Below are positions 38,647 through 49,595 of a stretch of DNA of 64,000 bases, in pieces. The stretch comes from a virus, in the IMG/VR virus record IMGVR_UViG_3300025141_000062, positions 10,094 through 74,093 of that record, one strand, 5' to 3'. The notes beneath the pieces are model-generated. The model did not search any database. It was not told where the DNA came from and worked only from the letters and a program-made list of their open reading frames with translations. Positions within the stretch are counted from its first letter, which is position 1; every line of letters begins with the position of its first letter. A program made the position numbers and the translations under genes.

Positions 38647-41238
38647 GTGACAACTGATCGTACACGAGAGCTTAGAGAAATGCTCGCTGCACTCGAGGAC
38701 ACAGATGAATCCCTTGAGGCATTTAACGCCAGATGGGGAACGACAGCAACTAGTATCCAAGAGGCTAGAGATGAAGCGCGCCACCTTTTTCAGGAGATGA
38801 GAGTAGGTAGCGCAGAGGCACAGGCAGCTTGGGGATCTACACTAACACATCTTGCAAGGGGAATGGACGACATTAGGACGTCTGGCGACCTTATGCTAGA
38901 GGCTCAGGAAGAGGTAGGTAGAGAAGTCCGAGGTATATATACAAGGATGACAGGCTTTATTGGTGGAAACTTTATTGAGTCACTTCATAATTTCGGCCAA
39001 GTTTCAGATGGGTATGTTGCCACAACGGGTCGTGCCTTAACTACCCTATACGAAGATTTTTACAAAGGAACAATCGGAGAAGCGGGCCCAGCCAGGCTTT
39101 TCTTCGGGAAGCCTGAGCAATTTTTTAACTATATAGATCAGATAGTCTATGCTGCAGGCTCAGGCTTTGCAATGATGGAAGGGTTTGCTAGGCAGGCAGA
39201 GCAGACAGGTGTGTCACTAGAAGAGCAGATGAAGAGCTCTGTTATGATAGCATATGGCCTGGGCTTATCAGAAAAGCAGATGCTTGACGTCCTTGATAGG
39301 CAGTTTAGTAGAACTGGTGAGTCAGGAGATGCAATACTAAGAGAGATGACAACATACTCTCACGCAGTTGCTGCTGTAACAGGCGACTCTGTCAAGGCAA
39401 TATCTCAGGGAATGGCTGAGATGATATCAGATACAAGCACATTTGGAAATATTACAGTTGAGACAGCTGCCCAGACAACAGCCGCACTAAGGACACTTGG
39501 CCTAGAGGTGTCAGATCTTGCAGGAATGGTTGATAAGTTTTTAAACTTTGACACAGCTGCTGAGTCGCTATCAAATCTAACTACTGTTTTCGGTGTTCAG
39601 CTAGACGCGATGGAGATGATGGAAGCTGCCTCTAATGATCCATTTGAAGCAATGATGATGATGAGAGAGGCGTTTCTTGATACAGGTATAGCAGCATCAG
39701 ATCTCTCACTTCAACAGAAAAATCTCATACAGAATCAGCTAGGGCTTAGGGACATTGAGGCTGTTGAGCGACTTTTTGATCCAAGAGAAGATATTCAGTC
39801 AATGGAAGACCTTCAGAGAGCAACTGAAGGGGTCTCTGTTACAGATGCAGCTGAGTCTATGGCACTTTTAGAGGACGATATATCCCGAGTCGTAGAGACC
39901 GGTAGGGGATTTTCTGAGGAGATCATGAATACCCTGTTGCAGCAAGGTCTAGTTCCAATGGCATCCCAGGCTGCACAAAACAGCGCAAGAATGAATCAGC
40001 TATCTCTCAATATAGATCTTGTTAGAGAGAACTATAGGGATCTTATTAGTGAGGATCTTGCAGGTGATGTTGAGTCTATGCTGGACGAAGGTCTGACAAA
40101 CGCCCGGGCAGGCATTCAGACACTGGCGACAGAGTTTACGGGAAATATAGCAAGAGATGCTGGTGTTAATATAACTGACGCTGTAGCGCCTGATTATGCT
40201 AGAGGCATGGCAAATAGAATGACGAGAAGCATACGGGAAGATCCCGACACTAGGGCAGCATTTTCTTCAACTGGAACTGAGATGCTAGAGGCTCTTCTCG
40301 AGGATTTTGCTGCTGAAGAGGGAGGTAGATTTATCGGATACAATATGGGAATTGGAATAGATGGCGGGCTACACGAAGCTCTTGGCTGGTATTCTCCCGT
40401 ACCTGTATTTGAAGCTCTAAAAGATGATGCACTAGAGTCACTAGGTAAGGTTCCAAGGAGCCTAAGACGACAATTAAGGGATTCAGCAAATGAGATCAAC
40501 ATAGCTTCTAGAACTCATCTAGATGTTCTGATAAACGATACAGACTCTGCACTAAACACAAGTCTAAATGCAGTTGACAGGTATCTTCAGCGTGCAGGTC
40601 AAAGCTTCTCTGAGCTTACTGACGCACAAAGAGCAGACATTACAGCTCTTGCACTTCACAAGCGAGAGGTCACAGCAGCTGATATTGCCTACATGGAGGA
40701 GGCATACTCGCTTAGGGGTGGCGGTACATCAATTGTGGAGGCCGGAAGAGAATATCTTGAAACAACACTTGGTGCATTTACACCGGGCCAGCTATTGTCA
40801 CAAGAGGGCAAGGACACACTTAGAGAGCACCTGAGCGGATATGGAATAACTGTAACAGATTCAGAAATAGATAATCTTTTCTCTGCAGATGAAGCAACAA
40901 AGGCTGCTGCTCAGGGAGCAATTCTTGAGAGAATGGCGCAGGAGTCTATGCGAGCAAGGACAGAGGCAGCAGCTGAGGCCATACAGGGCTTGACAGAGAC
41001 TGGTGAGGGTGCTGCTGGCACAGAAGCGCTTCCTGCTGAGCTTGGTCGACTTCAGGCTGCAATTGCACAGCTTGCATCAGCAACAAGAGGATCACAGGAT
41101 AGGCCGATAAGAATTACATTCGACTCTCAGGGCATGTTCGGTGCACTTCTTGAGGAGTTTATACGAGGAGCAGCTGTCACAGAGACAGCAGATGGATGGC
41201 AGCTTGTTACAAGAGCTCCTGGTCCGGCAAGGCAATAG
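38647..41238 (+). CDS. Tape measure protein
   Basis: 863 aa; Ala/Glu/Leu-rich helical; KFLNFDTAAE..LTTVFG; canonical position after tube and chaperones; ATATTTA at 38617. Confidence 0.7.
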   Translation: MTTDRTRELREMLAALEDTDESLEAFNARWGTTATSIQEARDEARHLFQEMRVGSAEAQAAWGSTLTHLARGMDDIRTSGDLMLEAQEEVGREVRGIYTRMTGFIGGNFIESLHNFGQVSDGYVATTGRALTTLYEDFYKGTIGEAGPARLFFGKPEQFFNYIDQIVYAAGSGFAMMEGFARQAEQTGVSLEEQMKSSVMIAYGLGLSEKQMLDVLDRQFSRTGESGDAILREMTTYSHAVAAVTGDSVKAISQGMAEMISDTSTFGNITVETAAQTTAALRTLGLEVSDLAGMVDKFLNFDTAAESLSNLTTVFGVQLDAMEMMEAASNDPFEAMMMMREAFLDTGIAASDLSLQQKNLIQNQLGLRDIEAVERLFDPREDIQSMEDLQRATEGVSVTDAAESMALLEDDISRVVETGRGFSEEIMNTLLQQGLVPMASQAAQNSARMNQLSLNIDLVRENYRDLISEDLAGDVESMLDEGLTNARAGIQTLATEFTGNIARDAGVNITDAVAPDYARGMANRMTRSIREDPDTRAAFSSTGTEMLEALLEDFAAEEGGRFIGYNMGIGIDGGLHEALGWYSPVPVFEALKDDALESLGKVPRSLRRQLRDSANEINIASRTHLDVLINDTDSALNTSLNAVDRYLQRAGQSFSELTDAQRADITALALHKREVTAADIAYMEEAYSLRGGGTSIVEAGREYLETTLGAFTPGQLLSQEGKDTLREHLSGYGITVTDSEIDNLFSADEATKAAAQGAILERMAQESMRARTEAAAEAIQGLTETGEGAAGTEALPAELGRLQAAIAQLASATRGSQDRPIRITFDSQGMFGALLEEFIRGAAVTETADGWQLVTRAPGPARQ

Positions 41239-41253
41239 AAGCTGAGGAGTGAA

Positions 41254-41520
41254 ATGAGCGATATTTTACTAGAAATTGAGAGAGATCCAGAGATCTGGGA
41301 TGATATGGCAGATCTTACAGAGGAAGAAAAGAATATGCTATTCTCTGAGATAAAGAATATTTCAAAAAATCTTCAACATGCACTTGATTCACTAGAAAAG
41401 TCTCTAAATACTGAGGATGGAATACTTAGATTTGTTGAGACGGTTGGAAAATCTATTTCCAGCGGTGAGTTTAGTGAAAACATCGGTACAGAGGTGATAG
41501 AGTGGCCAGAGAAACCCTAA
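41254..41520 (+). CDS. Small acidic hypothetical protein
   Basis: 88 aa; SD GAGGAG. Confidence 0.6.
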   Translation: MSDILLEIERDPEIWDDMADLTEEEKNMLFSEIKNISKNLQHALDSLEKSLNTEDGILRFVETVGKSISSGEFSENIGTEVIEWPEKP

Positions 41521-44500
41521 GAGATTTCTTATCATCAATCGGAAGCGGAAAGTCTTCGATATCATATAACGTGAGAGATGATTCGGGAGACGGTTCAGTA
41601 GGTTCAGGAGATGATCTGGGCGTAGATCCCTCTACTGGAAAGGAGCTTCTTAAGCTAGGCGATCAGTCAAAGGGTCTTCTTGGAGACTATCTAAGCTTTA
41701 TTCAAAAAAATTCAAATGTAATATTTAATGTGGCACCTGGAAATACTGAGGCAGTTTCAGCAGTTAGGGGAAATCCGCTTGAGTCAGCGCTTGATCAGGG
41801 TGCAGAAAATGTATTTATTGATGTAAATGATTCATCTGAGGGCTCTATCAATCTAAATAGAGTATCAAATAGCAGTAGAATGTCAACTCTTATAGATAAG
41901 ACACAGGGCACCAAAGGTCATTATCTTTTAAATGACATAGAGGGTGCTGATACAAATATATCTGGAAAGCTAAGCATTAAGCCCAGACCGTATCCACCAA
42001 CACCGGAGGGCGCTAGTGAAAAGGAGCTTGTCAATCTGTCTGTTGAGGTAATGAGAGAAGATGGAAGATTCTATCCTGCAGGCGCAGCCATGGGAAAGGC
42101 ATTTGCAAAGAGGTATCAATCTTCAGATGTATTTGATGAGTCAGATGATAAGCTTACTGTTCAAAGAGATTTTGGTGACTACAGTGACATAGCAACAGCT
42201 GCAAGTCTTGAACAGCTAAAGAGAATCGGAAAATCACTTCTATCACAGGCAGCTAGAATAAGTGACAGTCAGAAATATCCAGAAAAAAATCTTACGTCAA
42301 TAGAGCCCACAGATAAGGTAGACCCATCAGACCTTATGGCAAAGAATGCTGACGGATTTCCAACTACAGAGTCTGGAGATTCATCAAGAATCGGAAGGGG
42401 AGAGTTTATATCTTTAGATGCAACAGACTCATCAAAATCGTTTGGGTCACTAACAGATGTAGATCACAAGTTTGACACAGTAAGTGATTCATATATGAAG
42501 GCAAGAGCGGCAGTCGGAATAAAGGCAGCTGTCCTTGCTATCAAGACATTTAGTAACTTAGCATTTCAGGCATCAAAAGGCGAATCAGACGGAATAAACG
42601 GATCTCTTGAAACAGGTATGGGTGTAAAGATATCTGGTAAGAATAAGCAGTATGTAGATGAAGGAACATCATTTATAATGTCGTCTCTTTTAATACCTAC
42701 TAGACATTCATATGAAAGGTGTGTAAGAAACGGTCTAAAATATATGTTCTCAATTGACAATATGGACAAGCCTAAGGGATCTAAAAATAGCGATGTATCA
42801 TCATCTAAGCTTGTCTCAAGCGCACCAGGATATTCTGTAGTTCTAGCAAGATCTATATTTAGATCTGTTGAGAAGCTCAACAACATAATGTCAACAATAT
42901 CATCTGGATCTGCTGAAAACTCTGAAGTAATCCTTATGCAAATTGCAAGATCTGGAATTATTGGGTTTTTAAACTCACTTGCAAGAGTAGGTGATATTAG
43001 AATTTCTAGATTTGACTCCAGAATCAGAACAGAATACTCTAGCAACGGACCATGGGATGTTGACAATCTTCCAGATGGACCATCAACAAGGGTGTCTAAG
43101 AGCAGGACGTCAGATGGATTTAATTCAACTGCACTGTCCATGAGAACATCTGCAACACCCTCAGCATATGTCCTTCCTCTGGGTCCAATAAGGGCTGCTA
43201 TAAGAATGGGAACAGGTGGAATAGGTGTAAACCCCGCAAAGGGAATGCTTGTTAGCTCTATATCAAAGAAGACGTTTTTTGGACCTTCATTGACAAAGTC
43301 TGGAAATGGACCTCTTGCAACTGAAGGGCGGATTCCACCAGAAGTTGTTAGAAGAGTAGAGGATATGCTTGATGCAGAGTATGTTCCATTTTACTTTCAC
43401 GATATTAGGACAAATGAAATAATTGCATTTCACGCATTCTTAGACTCACTGTCAGACGGATTTAATGCTGAGTACTCTGCAACATCAGGGTATGGAAGAA
43501 TGGACCCAGTTCAGACTTATAAATCTACAAGTAGGACAATTGGATTCTCATTTCACGTAGTTGCAACCTCTGAAGAAGATTTTGATGAGATGTGGTTTAA
43601 GATCAATAAGCTTGTAACACTTGTGTATCCGCAGTGGACAAAGGGTGACCTTATTACAGATGGAACTGCAAAGTTTATTCAACCATTTAGTCAGGTAATT
43701 GGTGCCACTCCCTTGATAAGACTTAGAATTGGTGACGTTATAAAAAGCAACTATTCTAAATTTAATCTTTCTAGAATGTTTGGAACAGGTGAGCCTGATA
43801 CTAAGTTTTTAACAAAGGCAGAGGGCGTCCTATCCTCGCTTGCAAGTGTAGGTGAAAAACAGCTTGACCTTGAGGCAATCTATAGAGAGGCATTCTTAAA
43901 CATATTTGCTGTAAAGTTTGGAAGTCCAATATCAACACTATCAGCATTGCTTGGTGGGGCTAGAAATATTCCAGCTGCAGATGTTGTATTTAGTGCAGGA
44001 CTGTCTGCAGCTTCTAAGTTTCTAGATAATGGATTTGCCTCTTGGTCTATGAACGCCATTACAAATAAGCTAATCGACCCAGTAAGAGAAAGAGCTCCAG
44101 ATATAGACGGTGAGTTTGGATATGTGGGAGGCGAGAGGCCTGCGTTTATGCCCGGAGCCGGTGCTGCAGACGTTGTATTTATAAAGGGCACTACGTCAAA
44201 AGGCTATTTAGTTACAGACGGCATATCAGAAATGCTTGGCGGAAAAATTTCACTGCAGGTTCTTAAAGTTGGTGATAGAATTAGATTTTCTAGACCAGTG
44301 AAGGCAGTTGTGATATCTAGAAAGATAGTTTCATCAGGTAACAAAGGAATTAGTGATTTTCCAGGATCTGCATCGGATAGTTTTAAAAGAAGAACCATAT
44401 ACACAGTAGAGCTTATGGGCGGACTATTTGACGGATCAGCAGCAATTCCATATTATCTTAATGGAGTGCAAATAGAAGTTTCACACTCTGATATTATTCC

Positions 44501-44996
44501 AGACCCCAACGACATCTTTAATAGGCTAATGCTTCCATTTCTAGACCCAATTGGATGGGCAATGTCAAGTGTTCAGGAAAAGATTAATAGCGCAGCAGGT
44601 GCAATAGGCATTCCTGGGGACACTGTAAATATAAACTACACACATTCAAGCAGATTCATGGTTGCAAGAGATAATGCAATAGTTAAGTCATTTGATAGTA
44701 CAAAGGGTAGGGGTCTTGCCGGAGTAATAGACAAGCTATCATTTAACTGGATCGGAGACGAACCGTGGGAGATAGATTGGGGCTCTAGGGCACCAAAGGT
44801 ATGCAAGATTGATGTTGGATTTAGGCCAATTCACGACCTTCCGCCCGGAATTGATCATGAAGGATTCAATAGAGCACCAGTTTATAACGTCGGAAAGATT
44901 ATGAGATATGTTGCAGGTGACCCATATGACGATAACGGAGAATCTGCTAAACGTGAATATGAAGTAGAAAATAAAAAGACATTTAAGCTAGAGTAA
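41502..44996 (+). CDS. Large baseplate/tube-initiator-like protein
   Basis: 1164 aa; tube-fold-like segment FHAFLDSLSD.F..Y....YGRMDPVQTYKSTSRTIGFSF...PLIRLRIGD, completed near C-terminus by GVIDKLSFNW..WEI....APK. Confidence 0.6.
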   Translation: MARETLRDFLSSIGSGKSSISYNVRDDSGDGSVGSGDDLGVDPSTGKELLKLGDQSKGLLGDYLSFIQKNSNVIFNVAPGNTEAVSAVRGNPLESALDQGAENVFIDVNDSSEGSINLNRVSNSSRMSTLIDKTQGTKGHYLLNDIEGADTNISGKLSIKPRPYPPTPEGASEKELVNLSVEVMREDGRFYPAGAAMGKAFAKRYQSSDVFDESDDKLTVQRDFGDYSDIATAASLEQLKRIGKSLLSQAARISDSQKYPEKNLTSIEPTDKVDPSDLMAKNADGFPTTESGDSSRIGRGEFISLDATDSSKSFGSLTDVDHKFDTVSDSYMKARAAVGIKAAVLAIKTFSNLAFQASKGESDGINGSLETGMGVKISGKNKQYVDEGTSFIMSSLLIPTRHSYERCVRNGLKYMFSIDNMDKPKGSKNSDVSSSKLVSSAPGYSVVLARSIFRSVEKLNNIMSTISSGSAENSEVILMQIARSGIIGFLNSLARVGDIRISRFDSRIRTEYSSNGPWDVDNLPDGPSTRVSKSRTSDGFNSTALSMRTSATPSAYVLPLGPIRAAIRMGTGGIGVNPAKGMLVSSISKKTFFGPSLTKSGNGPLATEGRIPPEVVRRVEDMLDAEYVPFYFHDIRTNEIIAFHAFLDSLSDGFNAEYSATSGYGRMDPVQTYKSTSRTIGFSFHVVATSEEDFDEMWFKINKLVTLVYPQWTKGDLITDGTAKFIQPFSQVIGATPLIRLRIGDVIKSNYSKFNLSRMFGTGEPDTKFLTKAEGVLSSLASVGEKQLDLEAIYREAFLNIFAVKFGSPISTLSALLGGARNIPAADVVFSAGLSAASKFLDNGFASWSMNAITNKLIDPVRERAPDIDGEFGYVGGERPAFMPGAGAADVVFIKGTTSKGYLVTDGISEMLGGKISLQVLKVGDRIRFSRPVKAVVISRKIVSSGNKGISDFPGSASDSFKRRTIYTVELMGGLFDGSAAIPYYLNGVQIEVSHSDIIPDPNDIFNRLMLPFLDPIGWAMSSVQEKINSAAGAIGIPGDTVNINYTHSSRFMVARDNAIVKSFDSTKGRGLAGVIDKLSFNWIGDEPWEIDWGSRAPKVCKIDVGFRPIHDLPPGIDHEGFNRAPVYNVGKIMRYVAGDPYDDNGESAKREYEVENKKTFKLE

Positions 44997-45001
44997 TTAA
45001 A

Positions 45002-45292
45002 ATGGGATTTGGAAGATATTCATTCAATAAAAAGGTAAATGGAAGATTTTACAAGACAAACGAGTATGCATCTGCAATCAGAAGGGGCGTCGTTGATGGA
45101 TCAATACCATATTCAACAAAGATTCTTGCAGAGGGTGAAAGACTTGATACAATAGCAGGAAACACATACGGAGACGGAAGGCTTTGGTGGGTAATTGCAG
45201 CTGCATCTGGAATTGGCTGGGGTTTGCAGGTTCCTCCTGGAACATTAATTTTTATTCCAGACAGTACAGGTCAGATATTTTCACTTATATAG
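45002..45292 (+). CDS. LysM-like baseplate wedge protein (gp53/P2 gpX-like)
   Basis: GERLDTIAGNTYGDGRLWWVIAAAS...PGTLIFIP. Confidence 0.8.
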   Translation: MGFGRYSFNKKVNGRFYKTNEYASAIRRGVVDGSIPYSTKILAEGERLDTIAGNTYGDGRLWWVIAAASGIGWGLQVPPGTLIFIPDSTGQIFSLI

Positions 45293-45328
45293 ACACTTTA
45301 TTTTTACAACACCTAAGGATTAAAAACC

Positions 45329-48300
45329 ATGCCGTTTAATGGAGACGCACTTAAGTTTGGGTTTAACGGTGTCACTCCTCACAAAGCAACAAATCTTCTC
45401 TTAAAGTATTTTGCGTATGGTGGAGCAGGCCCATCACCCACGATAACTACACCCTCTGAGGGTGATATGCCCGTAAGGATTATCAGCACATCAACATCAG
45501 ACTCTGCCACTGTTACATCAAGACGGGCAACAGCGCAAGATGTAGTCAACAATCCTGGAACGGGTCTTAGTGAAGGCGATCTAGTAGAAGAGACTGTATT
45601 TCATGATGGGCAACAGTTCGGTGCGTATACACCGTTTTACTCCTCTTCTGAGGTTTCAAACACTATTATTGACAATTTCTTTGATAACTCTCAGGGAGCA
45701 AGCTTTGCTGTAGATATTATAAAAGATCTTGTTTCTGTTTCTAACACAACTGAGGTTATGACATCAACTTCAGTACTCAGGCTTCAGGAAATGGAGAGGG
45801 CTGAGAATGCTGGAGCCCCTCTTAGAAGTGGAGATGTTGGTTGGTCTCCAGAGTATGAGGAGCTTTTTGGTGCTGACATCCTTTCCTATGTAAACATATA
45901 CTATGAGCATCTTGATGAAAGTGTATATGGCGAGCACGGAATGCCACTCTGGCAACCAGAGCATCGTGGGACTAGAGACATCAATACAAGCTATGATAAT
46001 GGAAGAGGTTTTATAGGAACTGCAAGCATGGCTATGATTACGGCTGATCTAGTTGCATTTTCAGATGTAGGCGAAGATTCAGACGATATCGCTTCTGCAA
46101 CACCAGGCACAAATCTTAACCAGGAGCTTCTAGTCATAGCAGTCCAAAACGCACTTGAAGAGGCAAAAGAGAGAGAGATACCGGCTGGTGAAATCGGATT
46201 GGGATCATTCGGATATACAAGAGGGGTGGGTTCAACTCCATATGTCATAATCAACTCTGTTGGGCCGTCTTCGAGGGAAGCAAGATCAAGTGCCGACTTT
46301 GCCCAGTGGATCTATTACGAGGCAATGGCATTGTCGTACGGTCACGACTACACAGGTGCTGTCGATCGGTCTGAGGGAGATTCAACAACAGGTGGATATG
46401 AAACGTACTATCTGGGTGTAGATGAACAAAGAGTGATTACAGAAACTGATCCTGACACAGGAGAAGAAACAGGAGATACCACTTTAAAATACTGGAATGT
46501 TAGAGAGCTAACATTCGCCCTATCAGTCCTCTCTAGACTACTTGACAAGCCATCGTCTGAGTTTGTAAGTGACGCACTTCAAGATTCCAATGGTCAATTT
46601 TCATATGGCATAAATTTAAATCCAATGATGCCGGACAGAGTTACGTCTCCCAGTCTATCAGCAATAGTTCTTCCAACAATGCAACACAATATAGCAGTTA
46701 GAGATACAGACTCTGCAGCTCTGTTCATGTCTGCAATTCCTACTGTTGAGATGTCTAGATGTTCTCCTCTTCTTAACCTAAGGTTCAATATAGACACACC
46801 TCCATTAGATCAATATGGTGTTGTTTCACAGCCTCATCTTGTTGGATTTCTTGGAAACCTAATGCCCTGGCCAGGCACTGCTAACTTTTCAATGGTTAAC
46901 TCAATGCCCGAGTCTATGATAAGGGGTAGCGATGAGAATTTATTTACTGACTATGGTGTGCAGGCAGTGTCTAGGCTTTCACACAATAGTGAAGATGCAG
47001 AAATGAAAAACTATGGAGTTCAAAAGCTAAATGTTGCATCAATGGGAATGGAGGTCTTTACATCTCCGCAGACTCTTGTAAATATGCAGGTTAATACTGG
47101 AAGATTTGGAAGGCTCCCGGTACTAGATCCAACGCAGCCGTTCATGACACTAGAGAGCGCAACCATAAGAGAGTATTCATCAGGATATGGGCTTATTGGA
47201 TTTAAAAAGGCAACTGTCACTCTTACTCTTCATGACAGATCTAGACTTCATGAGATAGCACCATTTATATCACCAAGGGGATTTGGAGCTGTAACAGCAA
47301 CACTTGAGTACGGCTGGTCTCATCCTGACAGTGATCCAATGACAGGTTCACCCTATGGTATATTTCTAAACTCACTTAGAAAGGTCGAGAGATATAGATT
47401 GATTAGGGGAAACTACAGCATGGATCAATCTGGTCAGATAAAAGTTACACTTGAGATGGGCATAACAGGCGGAGAAGATGTTAAAAGAACACACTTTGCA
47501 ACAGGTCAATACATCATGGCAGCTGAAGTTGACAATGTCTTCAAAGATATTTTTGACATACAGCGAAGGGCAGTTCAAAGAGCTGTGTCAACATTAAGCC
47601 CAGACGTTATGCAAGAGCAAAGCATGGCAATAAGAAATGCGTCCTCTGAGGGTCTCATGGTTAGAAGAACACTGTATGTGATTGCACTTGAAATGAGGAG
47701 AAAGCTTCTAAATTCAAATATGGACCCATCCATGAACACGACGGACCTTGTCGGCAATATCAATATTGCTGAAGATATCGTTTCAACGTATAACAGCCTA
47801 TATGATGCTTGCACACAAAGGCCTCAGTCAGATACAATTTCTGCTCAACATGTTTGTCTAGGAAAGCTTAATTCACTTAATCCAGTTCACCCACAGGCAA
47901 CACCAGATCCGTTTCTTGCAAATTTTTCCATAAGATATTCAGTTGACGGCGGAGGAACAGTTATTAATGCGTTTTCTACTGAGACAGAGCTCGCAAGGTC
48001 AGACCCAGGAAGTGAAAGCAGCGCATGGGTCTCTCTTGCAAAGGTTTTTATGTGTCTAGTTGGAAGGCCACTGGCTGCAACGCACAGATACGATGAGGTT
48101 CAGGTTGTATTTTATGGGTTCAACGACTCTGCTGGATGTGCTAGCAGACAAGATATATCTCAGTTTCCAATTAGCTATGAGCAGCTTGCACTAGACATGA
48201 CTAATGAAATTACTAGAAATCCAAATCTAAAAGTTGGACAGATTATAGATATAATTTCAGACTATGTAGACAACCCGATGCATCCAGCTTACGGTCTTAC

Positions 48301-49561
48301 ACATGTATATGAGGCAAAGGATGCCTACGATGCTGAAATAGCTGCATCTTCACAAGCAGTCGTGGATGGAACCGCTGCAGCCGGAGAGGAAAGAGCATCT
48401 CAGGAAGAACCTTTTGATTTGGGATATGAGATAAATAGAGCACTTTATCACATGGGTCTTCCAAGACCTGAATTTAGGGTCCCAAGGATGAAGGTGCTGT
48501 TTGAAGCACTTCCGGCAAGAAGCGCAGGTGCCATGGATCTTTCAAGAGAAATATTAAGAATTCATGTATTTGATAGAAATGTTGTTAGAAATGTGGGAGA
48601 GAAGTTCGCCTTAGATTGTGCAACATCTGGAAAGATGATGTCGCTATACCAGGATGCAGCTGATAGCATGGGTGGATCAGGTGATCTTAATGACAGAACG
48701 CAGTCAAGAAGAATGCTTAGTGCATTTATAGGCTCTTCACAAAACATACTTGGAAGAATGGAATCACCAGAGGGATCAAATGAGGAGGGTCAAACTCCAG
48801 ATCCCTGGGATCAGTTTGCAACATACTACAATGATGCACTAAGCAGAGATGCAGTTCATGCGTTTGTGAAGTCAAGGGTGCCGTCTATTCTATTTGGATC
48901 ATCATTTAGCCCAATAGACAGTTTAACAATAAACGGAAGAAGTAGCGGTCAGGTTTTTGATGCACTTCTTTCTGAGCAGTGGTCAGGAAATACAGACAGT
49001 GACGTAAATCAGGGATCTGGTGAAAATATAACTGAGCTTAGGGTCGTTCCTGTAGATGCAAAAGCATCAGGCCTTGGGTGCACATCAATACACTACGGTC
49101 AGCAATTTTATCTAGACCTTAGGACAGGTACAACAGCAGATAATATATTTGTAGTAAGCGATGTTACTCACACGCTGTCACCTGGAACGTTTAAGACAGA
49201 TATTACATTTAATCCTGCTGGTGCATATGGAACAGTTGACTCTGTTAGGTCTAAGGTTCTAAGCACTCTAAACGCCATAAGGGCAGCATCAGGCGTAGAA
49301 GGTCAGCCGGTCGCACAAGATCCTGAGGTCGATAGAAGAGATGAGAATGCAGAAACAATCATAGAATATCTTGATACAGAGACTGTCAATGGACAGTCAG
49401 TTCTTGATTACATGCGAGAGCTAGGGTATGAAGAAGAAGACGTCACTGAAGTCAGCGCCGGTATAGAGGCTGCAGGCGATGAGTGGAAGACATGGGTTGA
49501 GGAAAATATAGAAGCAATTGACGATAATAATGAGTCAACAGGCGAAGAGTCTTCTGAGTAA
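45329..49561 (+). CDS. Large baseplate hub protein (gp27/gpD-like core with extensions)
   Basis: 1410 aa; ATLEYGWSHPD and C-terminal G....YGQQFYLD..TG....IFVVSDVTHTLSPGTFKTDITF hub-type motif; follows LysM gene. Confidence 0.55.
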   Translation: MPFNGDALKFGFNGVTPHKATNLLLKYFAYGGAGPSPTITTPSEGDMPVRIISTSTSDSATVTSRRATAQDVVNNPGTGLSEGDLVEETVFHDGQQFGAYTPFYSSSEVSNTIIDNFFDNSQGASFAVDIIKDLVSVSNTTEVMTSTSVLRLQEMERAENAGAPLRSGDVGWSPEYEELFGADILSYVNIYYEHLDESVYGEHGMPLWQPEHRGTRDINTSYDNGRGFIGTASMAMITADLVAFSDVGEDSDDIASATPGTNLNQELLVIAVQNALEEAKEREIPAGEIGLGSFGYTRGVGSTPYVIINSVGPSSREARSSADFAQWIYYEAMALSYGHDYTGAVDRSEGDSTTGGYETYYLGVDEQRVITETDPDTGEETGDTTLKYWNVRELTFALSVLSRLLDKPSSEFVSDALQDSNGQFSYGINLNPMMPDRVTSPSLSAIVLPTMQHNIAVRDTDSAALFMSAIPTVEMSRCSPLLNLRFNIDTPPLDQYGVVSQPHLVGFLGNLMPWPGTANFSMVNSMPESMIRGSDENLFTDYGVQAVSRLSHNSEDAEMKNYGVQKLNVASMGMEVFTSPQTLVNMQVNTGRFGRLPVLDPTQPFMTLESATIREYSSGYGLIGFKKATVTLTLHDRSRLHEIAPFISPRGFGAVTATLEYGWSHPDSDPMTGSPYGIFLNSLRKVERYRLIRGNYSMDQSGQIKVTLEMGITGGEDVKRTHFATGQYIMAAEVDNVFKDIFDIQRRAVQRAVSTLSPDVMQEQSMAIRNASSEGLMVRRTLYVIALEMRRKLLNSNMDPSMNTTDLVGNINIAEDIVSTYNSLYDACTQRPQSDTISAQHVCLGKLNSLNPVHPQATPDPFLANFSIRYSVDGGGTVINAFSTETELARSDPGSESSAWVSLAKVFMCLVGRPLAATHRYDEVQVVFYGFNDSAGCASRQDISQFPISYEQLALDMTNEITRNPNLKVGQIIDIISDYVDNPMHPAYGLTHVYEAKDAYDAEIAASSQAVVDGTAAAGEERASQEEPFDLGYEINRALYHMGLPRPEFRVPRMKVLFEALPARSAGAMDLSREILRIHVFDRNVVRNVGEKFALDCATSGKMMSLYQDAADSMGGSGDLNDRTQSRRMLSAFIGSSQNILGRMESPEGSNEEGQTPDPWDQFATYYNDALSRDAVHAFVKSRVPSILFGSSFSPIDSLTINGRSSGQVFDALLSEQWSGNTDSDVNQGSGENITELRVVPVDAKASGLGCTSIHYGQQFYLDLRTGTTADNIFVVSDVTHTLSPGTFKTDITFNPAGAYGTVDSVRSKVLSTLNAIRAASGVEGQPVAQDPEVDRRDENAETIIEYLDTETVNGQSVLDYMRELGYEEEDVTEVSAGIEAAGDEWKTWVEENIEAIDDNNESTGEESSE

Positions 49562-49589
49562 ATGAACATTTAAGATTATTGTGTATTAT
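49562..49589 (+). promoter_or_regulatory. Sigma70-like promoter (probably leaderless)
   Basis: ATGAAC-N16-TATTAT; GTG start 6 nt downstream. Confidence 0.45.
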
Positions 49590-49595
49590 TAATAT

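Noticed and set aside
30561-49561. Interpretation as a bacterial extracellular contractile injection system or tailocin
   Set aside because: Capsid, portal, terminase and replication genes are contiguous, so this is a phage
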